A stretch of DNA of 64,000 nucleotides from the NCBI GenBank assembly GCA_964106915.2, contig OZ066928.1; one strand, given 5' to 3'. The DNA comes from Podarcis gaigeae (lineage: Eukaryota). The position numbers and the translations under genes are program-made. The notes under the pieces are model-generated. The model did no database searches and was not told the origin of the DNA. It was given only the letters and a program-made list of their open reading frames with translations. This document shows, in pieces, positions 12,675 through 25,725 of the stretch (the first letter of the stretch is position 1; every line of letters begins with the position of its first letter).

Positions 12675-15600
12675 CTGTAGAATCTTCCCCAATGGTACAG
12701 AGATAAGTGCACAACTCTGGACTAGTATTAGAAATTTCAGGCTTCTATCTTAGAACCAATCAGGTTTTGGAAGTTCTTAACAGGTAAGGGGATTGTCCTG
12801 TCACTTAACCGAAACACCCACCCAAAAAAAGTTTATAAGAAGGGTCTTTTTGGCTTCAGGAGGTAAAACTCAGGAAAACCCAAGTTGTAGAAAACTCAGA
12901 AAGCAAGTTCTATTAGGTGAAAGTCCCTTTACTGAATGAGGTGACCAACTTCTGCAACTACAAAGAGCAGACTTGGCAGCTCTTTGTCTGGAATGAAGCC
13001 AAACACACTTTTGTTCTATACTGACCAGCAGTCCTTTTATTTCAAGAATGCAGCCCAACTCACCCACATTCACAACTACAGACTGGAATATGCCACAGTG
13101 CCACACACCAGAGCCCTGAAGAGCATACTTGCATGAAGTGCCCCACACACTGATGCAGGCAGCCTCCCATTCATCAGTCACAAAAGTATGTGGCATAAGT
13201 AACAGGCAGGTGATTATCCAGACCAGTAATGCTGTCACTGAAACTAGTAATGTGTGTGTGCGTGTGTGTGTTTAACCCAGTCAAACTGATCATTAATGCA
13301 GTTTTGCTTACCTCAGAAGAGGAGGCGTGTCAGCCTTAGTGACAAGTTTGAAGTTGCTCAGCTATCTCCTCTGAAAGCAAAACTAGGTGGAACACTTGAA
13401 AGAGGGCAATGGGAGAAAACATGGCACTTTTTAAGAGTGGCAAGTAACTTCCAGGGAGAATCTGAAGCATGGACTAAGGTGATCAAGAAGCACCAACATG
13501 TTTGTTGAAAGGGGCTGGGAAAAGGTAAGGCAGAAGGATTAGGCCCCTTGTGGATGAGCAACATGGCACAGGGTTGAAAGCTTTGACCACTCTCAGTCAA
13601 TTCAGAAGTTTCACTCAAAACCTAAAAAACAACAGCTACTATTTCTGCTCCAGGGAGGGACTGATGGAACTGGAAACAAGTACAAAAAGGGTCATCACCA
13701 AGGGCTAGGTGGCTTCACTGCGATCAAAGAAAGATACCTACTCAAAGTAATTCTAACAGATAGAAAGGTCAGGCACAATTGCTTACAATTTTCAAGGTTT
13801 TGTACTCTTAAGATTTTATACTGCTGAATCCTACATTACTGTCTACTTGTCTACGATAAAGGATTACAGCTATGCTAGGAATTTCACTGTCTTATGCCAC
13901 TTTGGGAGAGTAAACAACCTAGACATTAATATTCACCACAGCAACTGCAAAGAGCAACCCTGGACAGGATTACTGAATATTATGCAAGACTCCCTCCTTC
14001 AATGCTCTGCCAGAAGCAGAAAATAGGCATATGAAAAGCAGGGCTGTGAAACAGGAACTCATCAATGAGCATTTCTGATAAAACTCATGGTAATAAAGAG
14101 TATTCACAGTATAACATGTACAAAATTCCTCACACACTACAAAGATTCCCAAAACAAAAAGGTTTACAAAGACAAAAGTCCAGGATACTCTTCTTTGTAT
14201 GCCAAATTGCAGTTAAATATTCAAGTTTTGGTCAACTGAAGTAAAATACTCAGTAGTGTCTTTTGCAGTTCCACAGCTCTACGAATCTCCATCCCACCAT
14301 CTTCCCTTGGTTGAATGAAATGAGCTGCAATGTTGACCGTTAAGGCAACTTCTCTCTCCTTGAGGTATCAGTGACTGCAGAACGCATCCTGTTGGAGAAA
14401 TATACCTGGAGGAAATATGGCAGTTGTCGTATCCTGCATTCCACAACTAAGGCAATGCAACCAGAAGAATGGGGAGGTGAGAGAGAAAGAGAATGCTTAA
14501 AACATTGTCACTACAGGACACTGTGTGACCATTAAGCAGAATAGTCTTTCAGAAGGTTGCAGAGGAGCATTCTTCACCTTTCTCTTCAAATCTGGGCTAA
14601 CACTGAAAAAGTAACACAAATCCATTCTACTTGTCACCAGCAATCACCAGCTTCCTAAAAAATTTCTGCACCTCTGCTCAGGCAAACCAACTAGTTCTTC
14701 ATGGGTGTGGTTAAGTGAGGCTAAACATAAACGCCATCAGGTGTGTTTAAGTAAACACCATCATTAATTTTAAATACTGTATGATTCAGTTTGCAGAAGG
14801 GTAAAATTCTAACCAACCCAAACTGACAGTGTCTCTTTGTAGAACAATTATTCCTACACAGGCACTGCTTGCATCAAGAGCATAATTCATTCCCTAAATT
14901 TATTACATACTTCCCCCTTCTTCGTGTTTTTTCACTTATCGGTATAGAAAACCGATGAGCTGGAACCAAATACAATATGGTTGGATTTGAGCACACTGGG
15001 ACAGAAATCCACTGTAGCTTGGAAAGTCTTTATTTCTTGTTTCTTTTATTGGGCTGTTAATTGTTCCCCATGGTTTCAACCAGTGTAAACAGAACAGAAC
15101 CTTGCTAATTTGTATTGAAGATCAGGGGATGCCAAACACCATGATCAATTAATGATAAGTGAATCAAGTGAAACTGGCAGAAATAGGATACTACAAGATG
15201 CTCAGTGTCCACAGAACAAGATAAACTGCATTTTACTGGTAAATTTAAGAACCACCACTAGGATTGGTAGATATCTGGTTTTCAGCTTTCCAATCTATGT
15301 CTGAAACATGGAGGTTTGGGGAGAGTGAAGATCAGTCGCAGCCACGAGGGAGATCAGGTGAAGGAGCAGTGTGCTATGCGCACTGTAGATTCCTCCTATT
15401 GGAGGCAGGCAAGCCCTCACGTTTGGTGTGCAAATTCCTTCCACTCCTCCCTAGACAAAGGGAGAAGGAAGAAGCAGCCCACCCACGATTTCTGCAGTGT
15501 AGAGACACTGCAATTACAGTTACGGGGAGGTGCTGAGGCTGGGAGTGGAGTGTTCAGCCATTGGAGGGGAAAGGGAAGGCAGGCACCCAGCTGCCAGAGG

Positions 15601-16085
15601 GCTCTCAATTATACTGCCCTCTGGAGTTGTGAAGTCTGTGCTTTGCAATACATTGCCAGCTCAATTATTCTGAAATAGTTCTCACAATGTGGTCTGCAAA
15701 CTATGTATCAATACATTGCCCAGCCCTAATCACCACCCTGTGTGATTATCTACTAAGAACTAGTGGATGCAGCGAGGACACCATATATCAAGATTTGGGA
15801 GACCCTGGAACACTTCAATCCAAAGTTGCAATATTCTGTTTTCTAAAGGATAGAAACTGCTGGGAATGAATGTCACCCTCTCAGTGGATAAGGCCACAAG
15901 TTTTGCCATTGGCTATGGGCAGTGAAAAATCAGTAGTCAGTTGGGAATGGGAGGGAACACCTTATTTTGTAACAAAAGGAACCATTAATCCACAGTGCTT
16001 TTTCCTCTTCCCCTTTTTCTGCAGCACAACCACCAGTCCTTTTATGCTTCCTATAAAAAAAACCACTTCCTTCCAAGAAGAAGCT

Positions 16086-16292
16086 TCAGTAGATTTTCTT
16101 AGCTGGGAGTCGAAGCAAATCCACACAGAACCTAAAGACAGGCACAGCACTGTAGTAGATGCCAATTATGAGTTTCCCATGAATCAAAGTCATGATCGTC
16201 TGGTGGCCGGAGGCCCAGAGTCTATACCAAGGGCCATAGAAAGGATCCGAGATGGCAGGGCACAGCATATTGTTCAAATTCACTTGTGTGGC
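16086..16292 (-). CDS. TMEM164: TMEM164 last coding exon
   Basis: Acceptor ...ccttcttctag|GCC ACA CAA GTG. Translates [68 protein letters not shown], matching the TMEM164 C-terminus. 207 nt, phase 0. Confidence 0.96.
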   Translation of the reverse strand, partial: ATQVNLNNMLCPAISDPFYGPWYRLWASGHQTIMTLIHGKLIIGIYYSAVPVFRFCVDLLRLPAKKIY

Positions 16293-16594
16293 CTAGAAGA
16301 AGGGGGAGAAAAGGATGGTTCAACAACCTTCACAGCAACCAATTTGTTTACCCAACTCCCTTAGCAACCCAGAAGCAGCAAGCCGGTCACTCCCTGAACC
16401 TGAACCTCCCATGGCACTGTTAACAGGCTGAGTAACAGCAGTTGGCCAGATACAGCTTCTGCAAAGAGAGGTGTGACTCGGAAGCACAAAGCAACATTGC
16501 CTAGATAAGTCACAGTAGCATTAAGCACATACAGACAGTAATTGCTCTTTCAACTACTGGCAGGCATATATAGCAAACATTAATGTTCACTCAC

Positions 16595-16695
16595 CAGTCC
16601 CAGAATCTGTAAAACGCTAAAGTGGTAGATAAACATCAGTCCAGTGGATAATAAAGCCCACCAGAAATTCCAAGATGGCTCAGGAGTGTAGACAC
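16595..16695 (-). CDS. TMEM164: TMEM164 coding exon (101 nt)
   Basis: Acceptor ...ttctaatag|, donor |gtgagt. Translates (G)[34 protein letters not shown] 302-nt intron separates it from the last exon. Confidence 0.95.
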
Positions 16696-18109
16696 CTATT
16701 AGAAACAGAGAGATGGAGAGAAAGGAAAAGTCAATGTTTCATTGATTGCTACAGTTCCCAAGTACCTAGTGCCTCTTTAATAAGGCACTAATTTTCACAC
16801 CAAGATTACAAACTGTGGAGAACCATTTCTGGGTCTGCAACCATTAGGGTCTGCACCTTACCTCCAAAAGACGGGGGATACCTCAGTTGAAAACCTTAAC
16901 TTATGAACACAGTCACAATTTTATGCCGTGTATGTTTCCAAAGGCATCTGAACAACACACACATGATTACAGATCCTGGAGCCTTTCAAACCAGAAATTC
17001 TGAGGATGTAACCAGCAAAAGAAGGCTTCTGCTTCCACTACTGCCTCAGACATAGGCTTCTGAGTTTGGAGAATACAGTAGCATCAAATGTGTAGTTGCT
17101 GCCAAAGTATTCTCCAAACCTGTTTCTCCTAACCTTCAGCTTCTAGTCCACTCTTGCTGTGTACAACAGATTTCTACTATCACCACCTGCAAAAACATGG
17201 AGAACTTTTTTTTGTTTACCACACAGTAAACAAGACAATCTGATCCTGCACACTGATGCTCCCACACATGGAAGGGAAGCCACTTGCAAAGGAGCAGAAG
17301 CTGCTAAATGGGAGGATCAGATCCTGTGCAGGTGGCAGGATCAGGAAGGAAAAGATGTCTTGCAGTGGTGGAAAGGAGGAGAGGCCTGGTGGGAAAGGCA
17401 TCAATCCCCCCCACATACACACTTCATCCTGTGAAGATGCAGCTGGCCAGTAGTTCTTTCCATTTCAGTTTCCTCAGGTTTATCGCTCATGTCTGCGTCT
17501 CTTTCTTTCCTGACATCCTGCCTCTGACAGCCCCAGATGGCTCTGGGAATCTCAACCCAACCGGTCACTACCATGTATCTGTATCACTATCTGGGGGTGC
17601 TTCAACCCACCTCAAACAAGGCACAGATCCCTTCAAAAAGGCCTGATTAGGCTCAAGTGATTTGGGCTGTAGCTGAATCCAGTGCACAGCACAGCCCTGC
17701 CAATTAGGCAAAGCTGCCTGAATATTGTAGGAGTCGATGCCATTTACACAACCTTGGCATTCGTCACTGAGCACCTTGACTTCCCAGGAGAGGCGGTTAC
17801 GTGCGCTTCCAGGGAAGGAAACAGCTTTCAGGCACAAAGCAGCTTATAAGCTTTCTTAGCCAGTGGGTGGCTAAAGGTCAGCACAAGCTTCGGGGGGGGG
17901 GGGCGGATTTTGGAAAGCAGAGTGCCAGACTCCGTGGAGAATCCTTAGAAATCCCAGGAGTGAGCACATGCTTCTTCAGCAGAGACAGACAATGAGAGGA
18001 AAGCTTTACTGGGGAGGGGGGAGGCTGATCAATGTGGCCTTTGAATGCACTTCTTTCTTCCCACCCACCCACCCCCATGTAAATAAATGGTTGCCTATAA
18101 AACAAAGGG

Positions 18110-18390
18110 CAGTGCTTCTCTTGAAGACACTATTACAATAATGGCAAAGCCAATTAACGTAGGAAGAACTTTCAATATATAGGAAGAACTTTCTGACAGC
18201 TAAGAGCTGTTTGGCAGTGGAGAAGACCACCTTAGAAGGTGGTGGACTCTCCTTCACTGGAGATTGTTAAGCAGAGGTTGGGTGGCCATCTGTCAGAGGT
18301 TATTTAGCATTGATTCCTGCATTGCAGGGGATTGGACTAGATGACCATTTGGGTCCCTTCCAACCTTTCAATTCTATGCTGCTATGAATT
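18110..18390 (+). mobile_element. CR1 LINE 3' end
   Basis: aggaagaactttctgacag...ggactctccttcactggag...ggactagatgacc...ggtcccttccaac...attctatg tail. Confidence 0.8.
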
Positions 18391-18682
18391 CTGTACTGAA
18401 GGCAGCCTCTCACTGATGGGAGGGGTGTTATCCATGCAGCTAAAACAGACCCCTTCCACTGGGGTTTCTGAAACATACAAGTTATCTTGAAACGCAAACC
18501 TCACAGGTCTCAGTGCTAGAAGAGAACAGGGAGACAGAAAATTTATTTCAGCTTTTCTGAAATGTGTCTGCTTTTAGTGCACAAGATGCTGGACAGATAC
18601 CCATGCCTGAACCGCTTTTTGTGTGGAAGCAGGATGATATGAACCTTCGGTCTTATCTACTAGGGCATTTTATTGGTATATA

Positions 18683-19163
18683 CCGTATTTTTTGCTCTAT
18701 AAGACACACGCTTTCCCCTCCAAAAATGAAGGGGAAATGTGTGTGCATCTTATGGAGCGAATGCAGGCTCCATGGCTTCAGGGATAGCCGCATGAAGCCT
18801 CCAGAGAGCAGTGGGAACTCCCGCTGCACTCCAGAGGCTTCACGTTGCTTTCGCTGAAGCCAGGAGAGCAAGACTCTCCTGGCTTCAGGGATAGCCGCCT
18901 GAAGCCAGGAGAGCGAGAGGGATCGGTGCGTACCGATCCCTCTTGCTCTCCTGGCTTCGCTTCGCTGGAGAGGCGCTGCGCAGCTTTCCCTCTCTGCGCA
19001 GCACCCCTTCAGTGAAGCAGGAGGAGAAATGGAAGGGGCTTCGTTTCTCCTGCAGCTGAAGGGGCGCTGCGCAGAGAGGGAGAGAATTTTTTTTTCTTGT
19101 TCTCCCCCTCTAAAACTAGGTGCATCCTATGGTCGGGTGCGTCCTATAGAGCGAAAAATATGG
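18683..19163. mobile_element. Tc1/mariner MITE, family 4 (CCG-terminus) with multiple internal hairpins
   Basis: TIRs ccgtattttttgctctataagac / gtcctatagagcgaaaaatatgg; TA TSD. Confidence 0.85.
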
Positions 19164-20077
19164 TAGTTCAGACCCACAAATAGTATACACCTAGTAGAAA
19201 CTGCCCCAGAGGCTCCTGACTTACTCCTGGATTTCCAGCACAGATACATCCCTACTTAAAATAAAAATTTAAATCCACAGCATGCTCAAAACAGTTCCGA
19301 ACAAATGGTGCATGTTTCAGCCAGCTGGAGAAGGAAGCAAAACATTGGAAGGCTTTCAAATGCAACTCACTCCCTTCTAGCCTTTCATCTTCACTTTATG
19401 GTTGCTTATCTCCTTAATGAAATTCTCTCTCTGGATAGGGCTGAAACTTATTGTTTGCGGCTCCATTAGCAAGGTCGTGTATGGAAATACTGGTGATAAA
19501 AGCAGAGGGTGGGAGAGGAAGACAACTAAAATTAGGTTAGTTTTGCTCTCTCTCTTTTCATTGATTGATTGCACATATAGACCATTTTTCATCAGTCTTC
19601 AAAAGCAATTTCCCTGCTTCCTGGCTACTCCTCCTGGCCTCTCATTAAGTTTAATTTCCTCCAACCTAGTCCTTCTCCCCCTTCCTCAAACTGCTTCACC
19701 ACCACTGCTGTGTTCTTTGAACAACTGAAATACAGAATGAGAAGGAGCCATGTTATGCAAAACAAGCAAAACCACACATTTGGATGCCTGGAATATTCTA
19801 AGGGGCAAAATACAAATTTATTTCAAGTTTAGTGCTAAATAAATTAAGCGTATCACTGCCATGAATTCCCTGTATATTTCTCCCAACATGGATGCCTCAA
19901 CACTGTTCAGATGCTTCCAGAGCTTAGGAGACCATTAGGAAGCCAGTTTATTCCTTCACATTTCTAGGTGTGAGCAAAAACAACATGCAACATTGGAAGC
20001 TTCATCCCAGACTGACTTTTTAAAATGTCACTTGCATCAGAAAAGAGATAACATGAGATGACCCAACCCAGACCAAC

Positions 20078-20433
20078 AGGTAAAGCTAAAGATACCTCCT
20101 GACCATTAGGTCGAGTCGTGACCGACTCTGGGGTTGCAGCGCTCATCTCACTTTATTGGCCGAGGGAGCCAGCGTACAGCTTCCAGGTCATGTGGCCAGC
20201 ACGACTAAGCCTCTTCTGGCGAACCAGAGCAGCGCACGGAAATGCCATTTACCTTCCCACCGGAGCAGTACCTATTTATCTACTTGCACTTTGACGTGCT
20301 TTTGAACTGCTAGGTGGGCAGGAGCAGGGACTGAGCAACGGGAGCTCACCCCGTCGTGGGGATTCAAACCACCGACCTTCTGATCGGCAAGTCCTAGGCT
20401 CTGTGGTTTAATCCAAAGCGCCACCCGCGTCCC
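20078..20433 (-). mobile_element. Sauria SINE, subfamily A
   Basis: Same head, body and tail as 3085-3440. Confidence 0.9.
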
Positions 20434-20589
20434 GCCACACCAGTTTAGTAAACAGATTTTGTCCAAGAATACAACACGCACCTTATCATTGCTACAAAAC
20501 TGCAGTTGAGAGGTCTCCCTGCACACCTCTTCCACTGAATCAAGATTCACAGAACTGTAGTGTAAAAAGGGGCCCCAAAGGTCACTGAT

Positions 20590-21185
20590 TCCCACACCCC
20601 TGCAGTGCAGGTATCTTAACTAAAGCATCTCAGATAGAAGGCCATACAACCTCTGCTTAAAAAACTCCTATGAAGGAGAGCCAACCACCTTCCAAAGTTG
20701 TCCATTTAACAGTCGAATAGCTTTTCTAATTTGAAAGGTATTCCTGATGTTTAGTCAGAATCTTCTTTCTTGTAATCTGAATCCATTGCTTCAAGTCCTA
20801 CCTTCCGGAGCAGGCGAACACAAGTCTGCTCCATCTTCCATGTGGCAGCCCTTCAGATATTTGAAGATGGCTATCATATCTCCTCTCAGTCTCCTCTTAT
20901 CCAGGCTAAACATACCCAGCTCCTTCCACCATTCCTCATAAGCCAGGCATAGGCAAACTCGGCCCTCCGAATGTTTTGGGACTACAATTCCCATCATCCC
21001 TGACCACTGGTCCTGTTAAGCTAGGGAAGATGGGAGTTGTAGTCCCAAAACATCTGAAAGGCCAGGTTTGCCTATGCCTGTCATAGGCCTTGGTTTCCAG
21101 AACCCTGATCAATTTGGCTGCTCTTATCTGCACACATTCCAGCTTCTCAATATCCCATTTAAATTGTGGTGTCCAGAACTAGACA
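20590..21185 (-). mobile_element. CR1 LINE 3' fragment (interrupted by a MITE)
   Basis: Encodes KELGMFSLDKRRLRGDMIAIFKYLKGCH...APEGRT, the CR1 ORF2 C-terminus. Confidence 0.85.
20944..21080. mobile_element. short palindromic hAT MITE nested in CR1
   Basis: 15-bp perfect TIR caggcataggcaaac / gtttgcctatgcctg; TSD tcataagc / tcataggc. Confidence 0.9.
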
Positions 21186-21491
21186 GGCAGAATAGTGAGT
21201 TCTGTTTTGACTGTAATAATTTATTTGTTTTTAACAGTACGTCATATTGTGGTAACCCACCCTGACAACAATTACTGGAAATATTAACTGTTTTTGTACA
21301 TGTATTTCTTCTTTAAGAAAAAAAATATTTGTATTGTTTTTGGAACTGCTTTTAATTATTTTTACACTTTCCCTGTTTTAATATTGTATATTTTATTGTT
21401 GCAGCCCACTGTGAGATTTTTATGGTAAAAGAGCACATAAGGAAACAAACAAACAAACAAACAAACCTAAGTATTTTACAATGTAGGTTAA

Positions 21492-21859
21492 AAAGGTAAA
21501 GGGACCCCTGACAGTTAAGTCCAGTCGCAAACGACTCTGGGGTTGCAGCGCTCATCTTGCTTTACAGGCCGAGGGAACCAGCGTCTGTCCGCTTCCGCAG
21601 ACAGTTTTTCTGGATCATGTGGCCAGCATGACTAAGCCACTTCTGGCAAAACCAGTGCAGCGCACGGAAACGCCATTTACCTTCCTGCAGGAGCGGTACC
21701 TATTTATCTGCTTGCACTGAGTACTTTCAAACTGCTAGGTAGGCAGGAGCTGGGACCAAAGAACAGGAGCTCACTCCGTCATGGGGATTCGAACCACCAA
21801 TCTTTCGATAGGCAAGTTCAAGCGGCAGAGTGGTTTAAACCACAGTGCCACCCGCGTCC
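21492..21859 (-). mobile_element. Sauria SINE, A-like variant
   Basis: Same body. TSD tacaatgtaggttaa; the right copy carries an extra ccggta. Confidence 0.9.
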
Positions 21860-22912
21860 TACAATGTACCGGTAGGTTAACACATCTTAAATAAAAGATG
21901 AAAGCTAAAAATACCAACAACCCCCCATACACATTCTACAAAACACAATTAACTAAACACAGCTTCTTCCTCGGTGTCAGAATAAACATTATACATAAAA
22001 ATCAGTCACAAAAATACAAAGCGAGATTCTGCATCATAAAACATAGGAAATAGCTAAATAAAGTATTATCTAGACATCAGGAAATAAAAGAGTAAGAATT
22101 CCATATTTATACACAGACTGGTGGATAACAAGACAAAAGAAAAATCAACTTGCTCTACGCAGTCACCATAAGTTCATAGCCCCTTGTGCAGCAACAAACA
22201 CAACTTAGTCTAACTGTGCTGAAGGGTGGTTAAGAAATGCTACACACCACCCCCAAATCTCCACAGTCCTGCAAGATTTCAGGTGCTTGTCAAGGGTCTG
22301 TGTTTCATTTTGGAAAAATGAGGCACTGCAGAGACTGTGGTGTCTTTATGGTATATGAATTATTTACACATATATACAACCTGAGCATACAAGGGAGAGG
22401 ACCACAGCATACATGCCCCAAGAGGTTCTGGCTTCTTCCATAGCCACAGAAGCCTTAGACTTAAGCAGACCCCAACCACTGTTTTCAAACATTGCTCTCT
22501 CTCCAGCCCACTACTTCCCAACACTGTTGCTTAACTCCTAACTGCCTTTCTAAACATAACCTTTCCTTAAAACACTGGCATTGTCTTTTTAAACTAAATC
22601 CTAAGTTGAGGGACCAATAAAATCCCCTGATTTGCAAATGGTGTATGTCCTTTCATCCTTTGGCTTGCTAATGGATCATTACCCCAAGCTAACACCTCAA
22701 AGGGAAATTTGACTTAATTAACTCTTAAAACATGTTGATTTCCTTAGAAATCACGTTAGAAGTATCTAACGTAAATATATGTATAAAATATAAAAATGCA
22801 TTTAGAAAATAAATAAATAAGCAAGCAAGCAAGCGAGGGGGTAAAGTGTCTAATACACGATTCAGGCAGTTTGCCGTAGTTTTTCACACAGGCTAATTCC
22901 AAAGGGTTAAAA

Positions 22913-23150
22913 CAGGGGTAGGCAACCTAAGGCCCGGGGGCCGGATGCGGCCAATCGCCTTCTCAATCCAGCCCGCGGACGGTCCGGGAATCAGTGTGTT
23001 TTTACATGAGCAGAATGTGTGCTTTTATTTAAAATGCATCTCTGGGGCATAGGAATTCGTTTATATATTTTTTCAAAATATAGTCCAGCCCACCACATGG
23101 TCTGAGGGACAGTGGACTGGCCCACGGCTGAAAAAGGCTGTGGACCCCTG
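22913..23150. mobile_element. hAT MITE, same family as 4168-4418, opposite orientation
   Basis: Termini caggggtaggcaacc ... ggacccctg; perfect 8-bp TSD ggttaaaa. Confidence 0.88.
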
Positions 23151-23267
23151 GGTTAAAAGCTTCTAACACACATCTTAATACACACTGTTATTGATGACTT
23201 TCTAACACTTGGGGGTCTGATAACACTCAATCCTTAATTAAATTCTAGCAGCTACAACAAGCCTTTA

Positions 23268-23509
23268 CAGTGGTACCTCGGGTTACATATGCTTCAGGTT
23301 ACACACGCTTCAGGTTACAGACTCCACTAACCCAGAAATATTACCTTGGGTTAAGAACTTTGCTTCAGGATAAGAACAGAAATCGTGCTCCGGCGGCGTG
23401 GCGGCAGCAGGAGGCCCCATTAGCTAAAGTCGTGCTTTAGGTTAAGAACGGATTCAGGTTAAGAACGGACCTCCAGAACGAATTAAGTTCTTAACCCGAG
23501 GTACCACTA
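23268..23509. mobile_element. Tc1/mariner MITE, family 2
   Basis: TIRs cagtggtacctcgggtta / taacccgaggtaccact; internal repeats of gcttcaggtta; TA TSD. Confidence 0.88.
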
Positions 23510-24639
23510 TATAGCAATATTATGCACATGACTCTCAACTCACACTGAGGTTATGTTCCAGGGATAGAGTGTAAAGCCAAAATTGTGTTTAGTCAAAACA
23601 CATTGGGTGCAATGGTGGGTGGGATTGCCAAAGTATTTCCACCCCACCCCCACCCCCGGACACCTGTCCGCATTCTGCTCCCTTTCTAATTTAAAAAAAT
23701 TGTTTTGCTAAGTGCGTAAAGCTGAACGTGCACGAGTTTAATGTGCGTAAGTTGTGAGTTACCTGTACATACATAATGTGTGATGCTACTGTGGGGAGGG
23801 GGCGTTGCACCAGCCCTCTTGCTACTCTTGCACTCATGGGCTTCAGTATCTGTAAATGGTACTCTAAACAAATGGTGGCATTAAGCTGAAAAAAGGCACC
23901 AAAAGGAGCAACCACATCCTCTTCGACAGAAGAGAGAGCTCTGGCTCCTCCTGCTGGGTGATACAGGCCACACACACAAGCTTTGAACTTAAAGGGAACT
24001 TTCCTAGACAGAGACTGCAATCAAGCTACACATTAAAAGCACATGACTTCCCTCCAACAATCCTGGGAATTGTAGTTTGTCCAGGATGCTGGGAATTGCA
24101 GACCTGTAGAGGGTAAACGATTGCTCCCAGGATTCTTTGGGAGGAATGATGTGCTTTAAATGTTCAGTGCTCGCAACCAGAGGCATGCGGGAGCTCTTGT
24201 GTGAGACAGGTTGTGATGCAATTGTAAGACAGCCTCAGTGCTCATTTGCACCACTGCTTTCCTGCACCAGCACATATCAGAAGACGCAATTTAAATCTCA
24301 CATGTGAAAATGTCCTAAGGCTGAGCAGCAAGCTATGTAATCAGCAGCACTGAGTGGTGAAATAATTGTTGGGCTGTACCACTTCAGCCTGCAAGTGAAG
24401 GATTGGATGTTTTGGTGCTGACACACAGACACACACACACACAAAAAAAAAATCAAGCACCACCTCCCTATGTATACAGAGCTAGCAGGAAGAAAGCCAA
24501 GACAGAACCCCAGGGATCAGTCACACATTCAACACCTTGTGTTAAGAGAGACAAAGCCAAGCAATTGCAGCACACGTGACTCCCTTGTGCAGTTTGCTTT
24601 TAAAGTCAAAAAGGGGTGCAAAATGTGCAGCAACTGTCA

Positions 24640-24806
24640 NNNNNNNNNNNNNNNNNNNNNNNNNNNNNNNNNNNNNNNNNNNNNNNNNNNNNNNNNNNNN
24701 NNNNNNNNNNNNNNNNNNNNNNNNNNNNNNNNNNNNNNNNNNNNNNNNNNNNNNNNNNNNNNNNNNNNNNNNNNNNNNNNNNNNNNNNNNNNNNNNNNNN
24801 NNNNNN
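24640..24806. other. assembly gap
   Basis: Run of N. Confidence 0.99.
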
Positions 24807-25313
24807 TCTGGGATGCTTCAGGAATTTAACCTTTGCAAATTCCAATACAAACTGGCATCATCCACATGTTCTACTACACCAATATCAATGCAGTTATCCA
24901 TTAGCATCTACACCTCCCAAATGTTCTGGCATGGTTAGGACCATAGGAAGCTTCCTTATACAAAGCCAGGTCATTGGTCTATCTATCTCAGCACCAGCTG
25001 CGCTGACTGGCAGAGGCTCTCAAGGGTTTCAGGCAGAGGACACTCTCAGCTCTATCAGGAGATGCCAGGGATTGTACCATTGAGCAATGACACCCCTTGA
25101 ATATTTCTCTGCTCAATAGTGTATCTAGAGCACATTTGTGAATGCATATTCCCTGCAGGATTCCAAGGGCCACATGGCAGTGGTGGCCAAGGCCAGAGAG
25201 AAAAGCTACAAATGCAAAATTTACCTCCAGACAGCAGGCAATCTTACACACATATTCCTTAATCCAGGCAACCGATGTGAGCTGGTCTTTGACTGTAATA
25301 AATTATCTATCTA

Positions 25314-25669
25314 CAGTGGTGCCCCGCAAGACGAATGCCTCGCAAGACGAAAAACCCGCTAGACGAAAGGGTTTTCCGTTTTTGGAGGCACTTCGCTAAA
25401 CGAATTTCTCTATGGGGTTGCTTCGCAAGACGAAAAAATCTTGCGAGTTCCCACTTTCCCCCCCCCTTTTTTCCGCCCTTTCCCTAAGCGCTAAGCCACT
25501 TATCAGCTGTTCCGCTGATAAGCCGCTTCTCAGCTGATCGCTAAAAGCCGCTAGACCGCTAATAACGCTAATCCGCTAAGCTGTCAATGGGCTTGCTTCG
25601 CAGGACAAAAAAACCGCTAGACGAAGAAAATCACGGAACGGATTAATTTCGTCTTGCGAGGCACCACTG
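25314..25669. mobile_element. Tc1/mariner MITE, family 3, inserted in a (TATC)n microsatellite
   Basis: TIRs cagtggtgccccgcaagacgaa / ttcgtcttgcgaggcaccactg; TA TSD; tatctatc on both sides. Confidence 0.88.
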
Positions 25670-25717
<48 letters not shown>

Positions 25718-25725
25718 ATCTATCT
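25670..25725. repeat. (TATC)n microsatellite
   Basis: Read directly. Confidence 0.95.

Larger units (their letters stand above)
10760..16085 (-). other. TMEM164: TMEM164 3'UTR (distal end approximate)
   Basis: Follows the TMEM164 stop on -. Cluster of minus-strand AATAAA (plus-strand TTTATT at 10760-10765, 10806-10811, 10916-10921); more proximal signals near 15030-15050 are also possible. Confidence 0.5.

Noticed and set aside
15870-16364. 164-aa plus-strand ORF
   Set aside because: Antisense shadow of the TMEM164 last exon; no recognisable protein or splice context.
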